64,000 nucleotides of DNA from Lytechinus pictus (taxonomy: Eukaryota). The notes beneath the pieces were generated by a model, which was given only the letters and a program-made list of their open reading frames with translations, was not told the origin of the DNA and did not search any database. The stretch spans positions 10,478,001 through 10,542,000 of the forward strand of contig NC_087261.1 of the NCBI RefSeq assembly GCF_037042905.1, in the 5' to 3' direction. Position numbers and translations under genes: made by a program. This document shows positions 1 to 14,100 of the stretch, one piece after another (the stretch's first letter is position 1; each line of letters starts with the position of its first letter).

Positions 1-2630
1 TTTGTGATCTTTCCTTTTTTCTCTCTTTTTTGTACGCCACGGTGAACAGGATTTTTGTTATGATTGTGAGCATCAGGGCGAGACTCCATATGCTCGAGGG
101 GGCCGAGTATGGCGCTTCTGGCAAGAAGTAGCTTAATATAATTCCCGAGCGAGCGAAGCGAGCCAGAAAAAAAAGGCCTGTTAAAATGAAATTCTAATTA
201 TGTGATAGATTTTTACATCATTATAGCAAATATCATGTCATATATTTTTTTTTCATTCATCTCATTTCGCTGCCTCCTTTATTTTTCTTTTATTTCCCCT
301 TGGCTGTGGAACCACCCCCGGTACGCCAGTGCTTCAACGTAAAGCTTAATGTAGGAAGGGACCATATAGGGGCCCGTTATAGAACCCATTAAAGGCTACA
401 GATGAAGAGCCCCCACTGCACGGGGTCTTGACTCTTGGACAGAGCCTTTGGAGATTTAGCAAGTTTATGATAGACTTTCATATACGACATTATGCTATAT
501 ACCATCCATTTTTCTTTCCGCTCGTTATCTCAATCCTCGGCAGCCCGGTAGTGTACGTTATCTTGTCCTTATTCTTTATTTTCCAATTTAGATTTTGGCT
601 AATTCCATTCTGCCTTTATTTCCCGCTTTTGTTTGCCTTTTTGTCATATTTAATTTATTTCCCTGTCTTACTAATCATGCTAATGTATTTGTATATCGGG
701 CCGAATTGTTCTTTCTCACTTGTTCTTTTTTCCTTCCTTTTCCCGTTATCTTTCCGTTTTCCCTTTTTTATGTCTTTTCTTAGTTTTCTTTTCCCTTTTC
801 CTTTCCCCTTCCCTTTTTCCTTACCTTTCCCTTTCTCTTTCTTCCCCCTTTTTTTCTTTTTCCCGTTTTTTTAATTTTCCCGGTGAGCTCCGCCAGGGGG
901 GCAGCTTGCCCCCCTGCCCCCCGCCTGTTACGCCACTGCTACCATCCCTCTACCCCCCACCCTCTCTCTCTACACATCGCATTGCGTACAGACACAGACG
1001 TTATTTTACTTCTCTATCACGTCTATTCTACCACCACCTACCCCCCCCCCACACACGCACACCCCCTAGAACATTGTCATTCTTTTCCAGGGGGTGTTTT
1101 CGTTATGGTTATCTTTCATTTTCTCACCATGTCACAAATTGATGCACTGTATTATACGTTTTGTTTAGTGTCCTTGTGCCCTCGAGCCACTAATGTTCTT
1201 CAAAGTTATTAGGATTTTTGTTGTTGTATTCCTGTGGATTAATACGTGCGGAAAGAAGCATCAGATTAAGGGGTGAGTTCATCCTGATGACAAAAAATTG
1301 CAGAAAAATAATAAAGATATTGGTGAAGGTTTGAGGAAAATCCATCAAAGATTGAAGAAAGATATTATAATTTTATTAATTTCCTCACTTATGCTATATA
1401 GTACCGAAAAATCCATTAAATTGTATTTTCTCATATTTCAATATTCAAACATTGTCATGCAGTTTGAATGATTTTGGTGGACAGGTATGGCATGGCTACG
1501 GCTACAATATAAGCATATTGAGGTTTGTTGGCCTATGGACCTTTGTAATAGGTCCATGGTTGGCCTAGCCAGCAATGATTCTGCGTCCATTTTGATTGTC
1601 ATGGTCGCAGTTCCATATTATTGGCTAATTGGGAGGGGTCATCTAAAGTGTAGCCTATTGACCATCGCTTGCTGACCATTGGAATAAAACTATCAAATAC
1701 GATCTATGCCCAAAAGGCGGGGTCCGATGAGTTATAGTTCCAATTTTCCATTCTAATTTTTAAAGAATGAAACATGACTTTTAGCAAACGCCTACCCTGT
1801 GTCGTCGCGATGTATTTCTAAAAACCCCATTCGTCAATACGAGGTGGAATAAGTAAATACAATGATCCATGGCTTCTGTATCAAACCTTGTGGAGTTGTC
1901 TGTCCCTTCTATTCAAATCGCCCAAGGAGATACGAGAATGATACAAAGGAAAACGATTTAGGAGCTATTAAGGGTATATTCAAAGATCCCAGGTATTGTT
2001 TGTGCAGATATCGAATCAATCCTAGCTTTTGAGTGTATTTGATTTGATCAAAATAAAAGATTAGGGTAGGTTTCAGGGGTTCTAATTATAGCCATGTTAG
2101 TGTTCTTCCGCCCATTTCTTTTTCTTTCCCTTTTTAATAGACCCTCTCAATTGCACCTCCATGCCAATCTCGCCCCCTCCTCCCCTCTCTATCTCTAAAC
2201 CCTTCCTCAGTCGCCCTCTCCAAATTAATATATTCTTTTCTATCCATCTCTCGCACCCCATCATCTCCTAACTCTATAGTTATATTCTCCTTTTATTATT
2301 ATTTTTTTGTATTGTAAATCGCATGGAGAAACATCATGATAAGCATGAGCTATAAAATGATGTATTATCAGTATAATCATCATTTTATTATTTTGTTATT
2401 GATTAGCAATATTTAGTTTGACGCTTTTTCCTTTTAGACGAGGCTATGAGGATGAGCTTTTGAACAAGAAAATGCAAGAGAGTACAAAAATAATATCAAG
2501 ACCCACAAATGGGATAAGTTACGGAAAATGTGAGTGATTAGGCGTCAGAAAAGTAACTTTTTTTCGCCTCCCTTATATTATTAACACTAATTTTTTTTCT
2601 TCAAATTTTTAGGGTTTTGACACCTTGAAC

Positions 2631-2899
2631 CACTGGCAGATCGGAGGGGGGGGGGGGAAAGCCGGCCCGTGCCCCCCCCCCCCTTGAGAGGCACAATTAA
2701 GATTTGTAATGAAAAAATGCCGTTGAAACAGAAGTGTGCCCCCCCCCCCCTTTGAAAGTGAAGTCCCTTTTTTGGTCAAATTTTTTGGTGGACGAAATGT
2801 CATTTTTGGTTGAAAACTTTTTTTTTTTTGGGGGGGGGGGCTTGTCAATTTTTCTTCGGGAAAATGTGCCCCCCTTGGAAAATCCTGGATTCACCCCTG
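2631..2899. mobile_element. hAT-type MITE
   Basis: CA..TG termini (CACTGGCAGATC / GATTCACCCCTG); near-perfect 8-bp TSD CCTTGAAC/CCCTGAAC; G/C-run interior shared with other copies in the window. Confidence 0.6.
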
Positions 2900-3332
2900 C
2901 CCTGAACACGCAACGCATGTATCGCTTCATAGACATAAAATACACCCCAAACCCTGGGACTTTTTACGCGTTTTTTTTTCAATGGCCTTAACACGAGCGC
3001 ACACCAATAATAGTTGAGTGCCCGCCCCTCGCGTTGGCATACTTCATCAAAATTCCATCGCCAAACACCCATCTTCAATTATTCAAGATCATCCTTCTCT
3101 GGAATGTATATGATTATGTCAGTGATTGAATGGAGAAAGAAAAAAATAGATTAGATACCATTTACAGAATAACAACACCACAACAATAAAACCCTTCCAT
3201 TTATTAACATTGACAGGCTGGCTGGTGAAATCAAGTGTGTGCAGGTTCATTAATAGTATTCTGAACTTTTCTTTGTCGATGAACTATACACGTGCGGATC
3301 GGATAATAACAAGCCACCTTGCCTGCTTTGAA

Positions 3333-4004
3333 TGATTTTGATTCGGGATTTAGTTAGCACTTGATATTGATTTTGATTCGGGATTTGGTTAGCACTTATT
3401 ATTATTGATTTTGATTCGGGATTTAGTTAGCACTTAATATTGTTGACTTTGATTCGGGATTTAGTTAGTAATTGATATTGTTGATTTTGATTCGGGATTT
3501 AGTTAGCACTTGATATTATTGATTCTGATTCGGGATTTAGTTAGCACTTAATATTATTGATTTTGATTCGGGATTAAGTTAGCACTTAATATCATTGATT
3601 TTGATTCGGGATTAGGTTAGCACTTGATATTATTGATTTTGATTCGGGGTTTGGTTAGTAATTAATATTATTGATTTTGATTCGGGATTTAGTTAGCACT
3701 TAATATTATTGATTTTGATTCGGGATTTAGTTAGCACTTAATATTATTGATTTTGATTCGGGATTTGGTTAGCACTTAATATTATTGATTTTGATTCGGG
3801 ATTTAGTTAGTACTTAATATTGTTGATTTTGATTCGGGATTTGGTTAGCACTTGATATTATTGATTTTGATTCGGGATTTAGTTAGCACTTAATATTGTT
3901 GATTTTGATTCGGGATTTGGTTAGTAATTTACATTATTGATTTTGATTCGGGATTTAGTTAGTACTTAATATTGATTTTGATTCGGGATTTGGTTAGTAC
4001 TTAA
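3333..4004. repeat. ~41-bp minisatellite, ~16 copies
   Basis: Tandem units of consensus TTGATTTTGATTCGGGATTTAGTTAGCACTTAATATTA with few substitutions. Confidence 0.95.
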
Positions 4005-4594
4005 AGGACAAGTTCACCCCAACAAAAAATTGATTTGATTAAAAAGAGAAAAATTCAACAAGCATAACACTAAAAATTTCATCAAAATCAGATGTAAAAT
4101 AAGAAAGTTATGACATTTTAAAGTTTTGCTTAATTTCACAAAATAGTTATATGCACATCCTGGTGGGTATGCAAATGAAGAGACTGATGATGTCATCCAC
4201 TCACTATTTCTTTTGTATTTTATTATATGAAATAGGGAATATCCTATTTTTTTCCTTGTCAAGTGAAACAACGATTAATTCCTCCCTCAACATGTGGCAT
4301 GAGCATTGTTTAATGCTATATGATTCAGTCAAGTTGGGCCTTATTTTCAAATCTATAAAAAATGAAATATTGTATAATTCAAACAATAAAAAACAAAAGA
4401 AATAGTGAGTGAGGGACATCATCAACTTTCTCATTTGAGTTGTGCATATCACTGTTTTGTGAAAAATAAGCAAAACTTTTAAGTGTCATAACTTTCTTAT
4501 TTTACATCCAATTTTGATGAAATTTTCAGCATTTTGCTAGTTTGATTTTTTTCTATTTATTCAACTCAACATTTTTCTGGAGTGGACTTGACCT
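4005..4594. mobile_element. Kolobok-type MITE, copy 1
   Basis: TTAA target duplication (4001-4004, 4595-4598); AGG..CCT termini; long imperfect TIRs; second copy at 17206-17815. Confidence 0.8.
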
Positions 4595-4770
4595 TTAAGA
4601 AAAGACGAGAGGGCATTGCCATGGTGTACTGAAACACTAATTGTTTTTTTTTCAAGCGTATATAAATACAGGCTTTGCCTCAATTATAAGTTAATCATTT
4701 TAGTGGTGATATCGTGATCAAGTTATCATGGTGTGAATGGATTGCAAAGTGAATAAGAATCGTGTTCTAT

Positions 4771-5074
4771 CAGAAGCGGATCTAGAGGGGGGGTTGGGGG
4801 GTTGCAACCCCCCCCAAAAAAAAAAATCCGGGGAACATTTTTTTAAATCTTATCTTTTTTTTTAAACTTGTAATTTTATTTTATTCTATTTTATGCAAGA
4901 AAACGCCATTTTCACACACAGATTTTCAAAAATTTTCCCTACTGTGGGAGGGGGGACACCCCCCTCCCACACCCTCCCCCCCTCGCTCGCTCCGCTCGCT
5001 TGGACTCGGTCGCTACGCTCCCTCGCATACCACCCCAACCCCCCCCCCTTTATAAAAAGCTGGATCCGCCCCTG
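4771..5074. mobile_element. hAT-like MITE
   Basis: CAGAAGCGGATC / GGATCCGCCCCTG termini like the other CAGGGGCGGATCC elements here; no clear TSD. Confidence 0.5.
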
Positions 5075-5358
5075 TCTATGATATAAATAAGAGATAATGA
5101 TGCTCAGGTATTTCGAAATTATTGTTCGTTGGAATAACAACTATTTGGATTCATGCTGTTGCAAAAAATATCAACATTTATAGCATTCATAAATTATTAT
5201 GAAACAAGGTTCACTGCCCTACCTGAATACATTTTGTAAATTCTCTCCACAGTTCTTTCAACTAGGCCGATTCTATTCATATTTTTAAATGACATCCAAC
5301 ACAAAGTTCGGAAATGTGCTCGTTCCTCTTTCCACATGTTTCTATCGGTTAAATGATA

Positions 5359-5927
5359 CTGTGTGAGAAAAAAAACCAACAACAAACAAACAAACTTGAC
5401 ACCTAAAAATCCAAAATTTTAGGAAAAATCTTTTTATAATGTCATGGACACATAATTACTATATATGGCGCCTGAAAGAGTATGTTCTCCCAGTATTTAT
5501 GTGGAATGTGTTAACGCTTGGATGATAAGAAGTTATTTTTGCAGTAATGTAAATTTTGACTTGCGCCAAAGCAAGGCATAACTGCAATGAAAGAATCCAA
5601 ATGTCAATAACGTCATAATCCTACACGGGTTGCATTAAAATCCATTCCAAAACACCTTTTCAATAATTTTCAATATGCGGTTGACCACTTTTTTAGTATC
5701 AATTCTCAAGTTAATTTATTTGAAAAGAGATTTGCAAATATGTTTACTAACTATAACGTCAGCCCCTGTGACTGCGACTGATTATCCAAGCATGGAGACA
5801 TACAACATAAATATGGTATCAAATTATTTGGGAGAAGATACTCTTTCCAGCCACGATTTTGCGTTTTCCTTAAATTAGGTATTTGTGAGGTGTCAACATG
5901 GTCAAGTTTTTGTTGGGACTCACACGG
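5359..5927. mobile_element. Tc1/mariner-type MITE, copy 1
   Basis: TA-flanked TIR CTGTGTGAG / CTCACACGG; interior clearly homologous to 57727-58304. Confidence 0.6.
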
Positions 5928-6582
5928 TATAGAGATTACCGTTTCACAAGAACTTGAATTTATCTATGCCAGGATGACTCTATACGAAGTAGACTTGATC
6001 GTTACATCTAAATACATACCCAATAAAAGGCTGTATGTAGGTCGCTGCATGGAGTATGATGATCATAATATTGACATGGTATAAAGCATCAATAACCTTG
6101 ATAACACATTCATCTCGACACATATTCCCAAAATATTTTTAGAATATGAGTAGAAAGATAGGAATGTTATTGAAACAAAGCTTAATTGTTTAGAGCAATC
6201 ATGTCCCTTACATGACCATCTTAGCGGAAAACGGAATAAAACTGGTCTCATAATAATTAGGAGCATTCCCAGCACATCGTAGCACAGTATGATAATAGTA
6301 GAACACCATGCATTAATCATTCATGTATTCTTCAAGGTTAGCTGAGGACATCTTCTGTTTTTCGCGCATTTAGTTGAGGTTTTCCAGTATTCTTACGTGA
6401 CATTTAACATTCATTGTGATTTTCGGATCATTCTCTGAGAGTGTGCCACATGAAAACACTAAGTAGCTTACAATCATTCATCATGATTTGTGGAAATACT
6501 TGTAAGTATATTAGTCTCAGTTATCTTCCTCAGGGAAGAAAAAACATCCAGCTTACCATGCTTACACTTACAGTGCCCTGTC

Positions 6583-6862
6583 CACTGGCGTACCTAGGAT
6601 TTTCCAGAAGGGGGGCAAATTTTTGGAGGATATTTCGTCCGCGAAAAAAGTTAGACAAGCAAAAAAAAAAAGGTCTTCAACCACCCAAAAAGGATTTCTT
6701 ACCACACAAAAAAAATGACAAGGAAAAAAAAAAAAAAAAAGGTCATCAGATTCAAAAGAGGATCAGTTGTGACTCGTCAGGTGGGCAGGGATACGTCCCC
6801 TGCATGAGTTGTGACTCGTCAGGGGGGCAGTCTGCCCCCTGCCCCCCTTAGGTACGCTAGTG
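6583..6862. mobile_element. hAT-type MITE
   Basis: TIR CACTGGCGTACCTA / TAGGTACGCTAGTG; 8-bp TSD GCCCTGTC/ACCCTGTC. Confidence 0.7.
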
Positions 6863-8100
6863 ACCCTGTCCCATAATAATGAAGCAGCATTTTAGCTTAT
6901 ATTCCTTTGATCCCAAACTCAAGGGGCCTTGTGAGAGAGAGAAAGAGAGAAAAAAAGTGGATTGTGCTATTTCAACGGTTTCATTTGACTGTTTTCATTT
7001 TCGCGCCTCGGACAAAAAGTGTCAACATAGAAGTCTTTTCTGAATGAAATTTGCGGATAATTCTCCTTCCGAAAATACATTTAGTTGAAAAGAGTTTGAC
7101 AGCATCGAGGGGCACTTGTGCGACATCGTTCAGAAAGGAGCCGCCGTTAATGGGTAATATTGTTCAGATTTGAAACGGTCTTCATTCTTTACATGCTTTG
7201 ATGATCGATAAATAGAAGTATTCTAATGTTTGAAAGAGCAGTGAGGCTTATGTTTGCAGCGACTATGTTTTTTAAGGTGAGAAAGGTGGGTGGGGGGGGG
7301 GTAGAACCGAACGAACGGGAGAAGGGTGACTGGGGAGAGTGATAAGGATGGAGAGAGCGGGGGAGACAGAGAGACAAATGGACAAAAAGATCAAGAGAAT
7401 TTGAAGAATAGAGAGAAAGACAGAGATGGAAAGAGAGACTTGGAGAGAGAGAGAGAGAGAAACGCAGAGAAAGGGGGGGGGGGCGGGGGTCGAAGAACGG
7501 TAGAGGTAAATGAAGGCAAGATATCATTAGAGGGAGAGAGGAGAGAGAGGGGGCGGGGTAGAGCGAGAAGGAGAGAAAAGGGTGGGGGAGGAAGCAGCAA
7601 GATGACCAGAAAGGCTTTATCTCCATTCTTGGTAATATATTTCAGAAATGTATAATATTTAAATAAATATATATATCTTGTTTTTATTTTCATAAAGTAA
7701 ATGCATGTGAAATTACAGAATAAGGGATAATCCGCGTGATCGGAGAACAACATAATCATAAACATGACATATTTTTATATTATTAAATTCGTCATTTGGG
7801 TACAACATATCCCTGATAAGGTCTTTACAATGAGAACGTTTATCTCGCAAAATTAGAGTGATGTGAGTGTGATCCCCAACATGTTACCCAACTTTACATC
7901 AATTGATCAACCACAATAATAACTTAATAATAACACATTGCCCTTGGCGAAATGATTGTATACAAACTGCTATCGATTTATTTCACTTGTCGAGTAATCC
8001 CTCTCTTCTTAATTCTCCCTTTGTCCAGGTATATGAGTGTTGTCCGCACCCGCCACTTCTAATCTAAAAACAGTGTTGGGGAAATAGGGAAACAAACAAC

Positions 8101-11100
8101 ATGGCTTCCTCGACGATGACCACCGTATCTTCAGTACTCTTCATCGTAACCTTCGCTGTCCTCATCGCCGGCGTCCCCGGTGACCACCACACCGGCCGAT
8201 ACTGCGCAGTCCGCGGATGCTGTAACGTAACCGGCGCCACCGTCATCAGCGATGCAGTGGCTAAGACTGGGGTTTTTAGAAACGACAAGTGCCACGCACC
8301 TTTTCCAACCAGCAGCCCGACGACGCTCTGCTACTGCGACGGGTTCTGTCAGAGAAACGACCCCGACTGTTGTCCGGACTTCTACGAGGTGTGCCTTGGT
8401 CGAAAGCCTCCACCAGATGTACTTGAGTCTCGAAAGACAGGTATATCCACTCCAAAATTTGTTTGTATTGAAACTTGGCTACATTGCACTTGTCAGGGTA
8501 AAATTTAGATATATCTCCCAGACATACAAGTATGAAATCAGTTATCCAGCGCCTTGTTACATAAATGGTTCATTTAACTTTCCCATTTGTTTTAATTTAT
8601 ATGTTGGAAATCTTGATTCTGATGAAGTTGATTGACTGTAACTGGGTCAGAATGATGATAGTCCCTATTTATGGAATTGTGAATTTTTGCCACTTTGCGA
8701 AATTGATACCCCCCAAAAAAAAAATACACAACAGTAAATCGCACATCTACTATTTGGATTCACACCACCAACATACAACAATCAACACGTTCGAATATCC
8801 GTATATTATCGAAGATAATACTCTCTAAAACATATCTTCTTAAAGACATGCTTCCTTAGGAATTGTCTTTAACTCATACTTATATTTCGTAACCAAGAGT
8901 AAACATGCGAAGACTAATTTTTATCTGATCTGTGCATTTAAATATCGTAGACGAAGTTGAATTACTATGCTGCCACGAAGAAAGAGAATACCAAGTAGGA
9001 GAAGTTCTAAGGATAAACTGTAATACTTGGTGAGTATATTATCAAAAATACTTTTCCAGTTCTGTAAAAGTTCTAAAATATTGCTGTTACAACATCTTGA
9101 ACATGGTGAATGAAGAGTCAATAACTATAACCATCGACTGATCACGTAGAAAATGGTTAATAATATTCTCGCATTTGAAACATTATTAACATGTTCATTC
9201 ATATACCCTTGCTTCGTGAAGTAACTCTTCAACAATGGCACACTTTTGACATCATAATCTATTCGTATCCTGGTTATTGTTGAAGAGTTGATTAGAACTC
9301 TCGTCATCTTTTTGAAGAACGTCGAGTACAATTATACCTTTCCACTTCATATCACTAGTTTGTCCTCACGAGTAAACGCCCTTGTCATGCTCCGTCGATA
9401 TATCAATAGTAAACTGTTGGGATCCACAACTTGTGAAGACGGAGAAGACATTTGATGACGATTTATTTTGATCCTGCAACCACTTGCTAATGATTTATAC
9501 CCGTTTTCACAAATGTTTCAAAGATTATTGTATCGTACGAAGTATGGTGTATGACGTATGTATAACATGGTGGTTCTTTTTTGTCTCTGAATGTTTTAAA
9601 TCGCCGATTGATAGGTCGATATGTTTGTTCACCTATCGTTTAGTTAGTTGTTGATGCCTATGAAAACAATGGATAGGCGTTTTTTTTTCAACATGTTGAT
9701 ATTCGTTATATTTTACTTTCCGACACCTTTTCAAGTTTTTGAAATATGAACAATTAATTTTAAAAATGTATTATTAAGAAGCTGCCCTAAAATTATTCAT
9801 GTGTCCATTTAGTAAATTGCCCAATATGTTTATTCGGGTGACCAAAACATGGACCAGTATTCCGGCAGCGCATTGTAATCGCAAGGACGGGGGCGCTATT
9901 TATCAAAATAATTTTCATTTTAGAGTAGTTAGCAAACTTTTCATTGAATTGTCTTCTATTCAACAGTACATGTAAGCCTGTGCTCTATGAATTCGCTACA
10001 TTCGTCTGTGAAAAGAGGGATTGTGCCATCAACCAGGAGGCAGTAGATGAAATCAACGATGGTAACTTCGGGTAAGTAGACCAACACACCTGATACTACT
10101 GTCATCATGTTTTTGTAAATTTGAATACTTTAAGTTAATTTATTTCATTATTGATGATTTACGAACTGAGGCTCAGGACATCTTCACCGCTTTTATTACG
10201 AGAGTTTTTGATGTAAGAAAGAAAATTGCATTTCGGTTACAAGTGACAACAGGTTGTTAGGACTTTTGGTGGCAGGAGTGGGATGATAATGTACGGTTTT
10301 AAAGATGGAGGCCTACGGGAGCAACATCTATATCGCTGAACAAAATGCTGCTACTAATACTGGCTGTAATGTAATACATAAAGACTCAAGATTGTAGGAT
10401 AGTACGATGGTAAGCCTTTCTTTGGTAAAGCATTGGTTCCCTTGCAATGACTAATGATATTGTCTTCGATGTCCAGGTGGTCAGCGGGTAACCAGACCGA
10501 GTTCTGGGGCTCCTCCAAGGACGACGCGATGCACTATAGGTTGGGCACCATGAAACCAACCGCTGCCGTCCTGAACATGCACCAGATACAGAATGACATG
10601 CCACCCGAAGACATCCCCGATGAGTTTGACGCAAGGCTCCACTGGCCAGGGCTCATCGAAGACGTACAGAACCAGGGCAACTGCGCCAGCTCCTGGGCAA
10701 TGTCAACAGCAGGTAAATCCAAATTTCTTATTCCGCTCACGATGGACGATGCAGCAAACTTCCCAGGTCGGGCAGGATGGGGGTAAACACAGACTTGTAT
10801 GCAAGTAATTTTCTTGCAAGTCCAACATTTGTCCAGGTTTAAAATCTCCACTGGCACCTTCACTCTCTATTTCTTTTACATCGTGGTTTCGTGACTACAA
10901 ACCTTTTAGGAGAATGAAATAAGAGGCTTATTTTGTGATTTAGTGATGGTTAATTACTTTTTTTTTAATTCTAGTTTATAGTCTTATCAGCAAATGTAAC
11001 ACTGTGTTCTCAATGTGAATATTATTTCACATGGTGAAATGAATAATAAACAAATGATGTGGATGATTGCGATTCAATTGTTTTGTATCCTGCTTCCAAC

Positions 11101-14100
11101 AGCTACTGCTTCGGATCGCTTAGCCATCCAGTCCAATGGCACATTCAAATACATGCACCTGTCACCTCAACATCTACTATCGTGTAATGTTAAGAGACAG
11201 CAGGGATGCACGGGAGGGCATCTAGACAGGGCCTGGTGGTATATGAGGAAAAGGGGGTAAGTACTGGACGTTGGTGCAATATGATGACGATGGTGATGAT
11301 GATGATGGTGGTGATGGTGGTGATGATGAAGATAATGAGGATGAAAATGATGACGATGGAGATGATGGTGGTGATAATGATTGATGATGATGATGTTGTT
11401 GTTGTTGATGATGATGATGATGTTGATGATGATGACTATGACGACGAACGAGAGTGTTCTTGGTGGGATAAGGATAATTGCCATGAAGTGCGACTTGATG
11501 GTGGTAAAACGGTTGCTGATGCCTGATGGTGACGATCAGTGATGATGATGAAAACACTGGTGATGATGATGATGATGCTAATTGTTTTTGTGATGATAAT
11601 GATGACGATGATTTTAGTGATGCTGGTGGTTGTGATAGTGATGATGGAGCTGATGGTGATGGTGATGATGGTCATAGTGGTGTTTATTAGGGTGTTGCTG
11701 ATGATGATGGCGATGGTAAGGATAACTGATGAGAATAGGTGTGGAAATGTCCTAGATTGGCCAACCTCAAGACGAGGATACTGATGACACTTTTAATAGG
11801 TGTTACTGGAGATAAATTATGCTAATGAAAATGACGAAGATTCGACTCGTTTTAATTCACTTCGCGTGAACATATTACTATCGTCAAATTGTGCAACCTG
11901 TTTGTTGTAATATCATTTCAGTATTATCAACCACATCATCGTTTGTATATATATGTTTTCTAAAACCTAAAGGTTAGCTCAATTCGAATTTAACAATTAT
12001 AACTTGCAACATATTTTCATACTTATTCAAATATTTATCTTTCTTCTCCAGTGATTTTTGAACTGCACTGTAATTTTCAACCACGAATTTTTTTTTCGTT
12101 GTAGACTGCATTCGTAGTGACAACTGACCAGTCTCGTATCGCTGTCACGTTATTAACCTCAATTTCATTCCCTTATTTTCCGATTGAAACATTTCCCCCT
12201 TTTCTTTGCAGAATTGTAACGGAGGACTGTTACCCGTACCTTAGCGGGATGACGTCAGATATGCAAATGAGGAAGGGTAACTGTTACATCAAAGGTCGCG
12301 ATCGTGTGCCTCCGTATTGTCCGAATCCAACAGTTAGAAGTCAAAGATATATGTCGACACCGCCATACAGGATAGCACAAGATGTGAGTTGTGGATTTTT
12401 TCAAAATTCATATTCAAATACATTTGGACATGAAAAAATATGGTACCAGTATTCAGGAGCGAGGTATTGCGCATGCGTCAGACGTATACATTCTTTTGAA
12501 TTGATTTGCGTATGGCATATCGGTATGGCAGATGACAAGAGTCTAGTTTTGTTGTGATTTGTATAAAGTGAAGATTTATACAAATCATAGTGACTTGTAG
12601 CATATCTAGGGAGGGTAAGGAGTGACCGAGTGCATAGGATTTCATTTTTATTGATTATTTATTTCTTAAATTTATTTCATTTTCAAAATCGATCTTGGCG
12701 GGGTAGGGACAAAAGCTAATTTAAAACAAATCTTTACTGAATTTGATGGAAGACCAATAAAGAAACACGCAGATAGCGTTTCTCCAGGCGTCAGAATGGA
12801 TGACAATTTCATCATTTCTTCAAAACTTTTTCCCAAGATACGCCACTTGCGTCAATATGATTGACGCATCTTGCACAAGGGAAGAAATGTCAGTACCAAT
12901 ATATCATTTTCCATCTGTGCAAAAAAAACTTTACAATAATATTTTTGTTATTATTATGCTCCCTGCTTCAACACGTTCACCACGCCAGTAATCGCATCCA
13001 CGCCTTAATTTTGATAAAAACAATACCAAAATCAGACTCTTGTCTTTTGATATATCGTGAAATCCGATATCGTAGTAAACAAATTAATTCATAAGTATGC
13101 CAGTGTATAGATTTTAATAGATGTCACACACGATTCCCATCATCGTGTTTAGTTAGATTTTTAATCGTTTTGACAGGAAACTTTGCAGTTTTTACCCTAA
13201 TGTCATCTTAAATTGTTCCTCGCCTTTGTCAGTTATTTCAAATATTTGTTACTCGTATTTCCTAGTTTCAATGAACACCAAAAATTCTTGATTTCCTGAT
13301 TGCTTGAATTGACCTCTGACTGAAAAAGTTTTGTTCGTAGTCCCACAAGTAGGGAAGCGTGTCATATTGAACATGGCCTTGTGTCAAATCACGATTTCAC
13401 CCCCAGTGAAGAGTACGCTATAACACATCTTTGTCATTTTTTGAAACACCTTTCTCTTTTGAATATATAGAGTTGATTTTTGAATTTTGCTATTTTTCCA
13501 ACTCTTGGCTTCAGATGAAAATAAAGTAAATATTAAAGGCCTACCTCTCCTCGAGCTATGCTTAAACACGACACAATAAATGCAAACGTAGACTAAGACT
13601 ATTTGATATTTCTAAAGTGACAAGATCGACATGGTAGGAGCTAACACCTCGCCACTACAACCAGAAAATACCCCGTATACCAAATACCACTGGCGTAATG
13701 AGCCCCCTAAAACTGAGGGGCCCAAGTGTAGCGGATGGAGTAATGATTGTTAAACGATGCGTTCGATCGAATCGAGTGGGCAAATGAAGAATGATATTTT
13801 TTATATAAAGGTATAATTTTTGGTTAGATTTGGACATAATATAATGCTTTATTCTTTTCCCTTTCATTTCCTGTCTTTTTCTCCCTTTTTCTTAATCGTG
13901 AAACATTTTTTAAGGGCGCATGCCCCCAAGCCCCGCTCCTGTCCCTTTTGTACACCATCGCAATGAACCAATCATCATCGGCACTTTCTCGCTTCCTGGA
14001 TAAGCATAAGTCACGTTCAAAAGCGATAAAAGTGGAGAAAGATTTCCTTTTGGAAATGCGAGAGCGAAGGCCTTGTCGGGATACATGAACACGTGGAACA

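Noticed and set aside
428-1212. Phe/Pro/Ser-rich ORFs of 100-150 aa
   Set aside because: Translation of pyrimidine-rich low-complexity and MITE sequence; no splice or protein-family signal
1487-1700. CCAAT-rich segment as the promoter of the TINAG-like gene
   Set aside because: No transcript evidence or identifiable first exon; may be repeat-derived
3333-4004. CRISPR-like regular repeat
   Set aside because: Units are contiguous with no unique spacers; eukaryotic context; no cas genes
7189-7765. Overlapping Glu/Arg-rich and Leu/Ser-rich ORFs
   Set aside because: (GA)n-type purine tract
11167-11784. Poly-His/Met/Asp ORFs
   Set aside because: Intronic GAT microsatellite, open in several frames by composition
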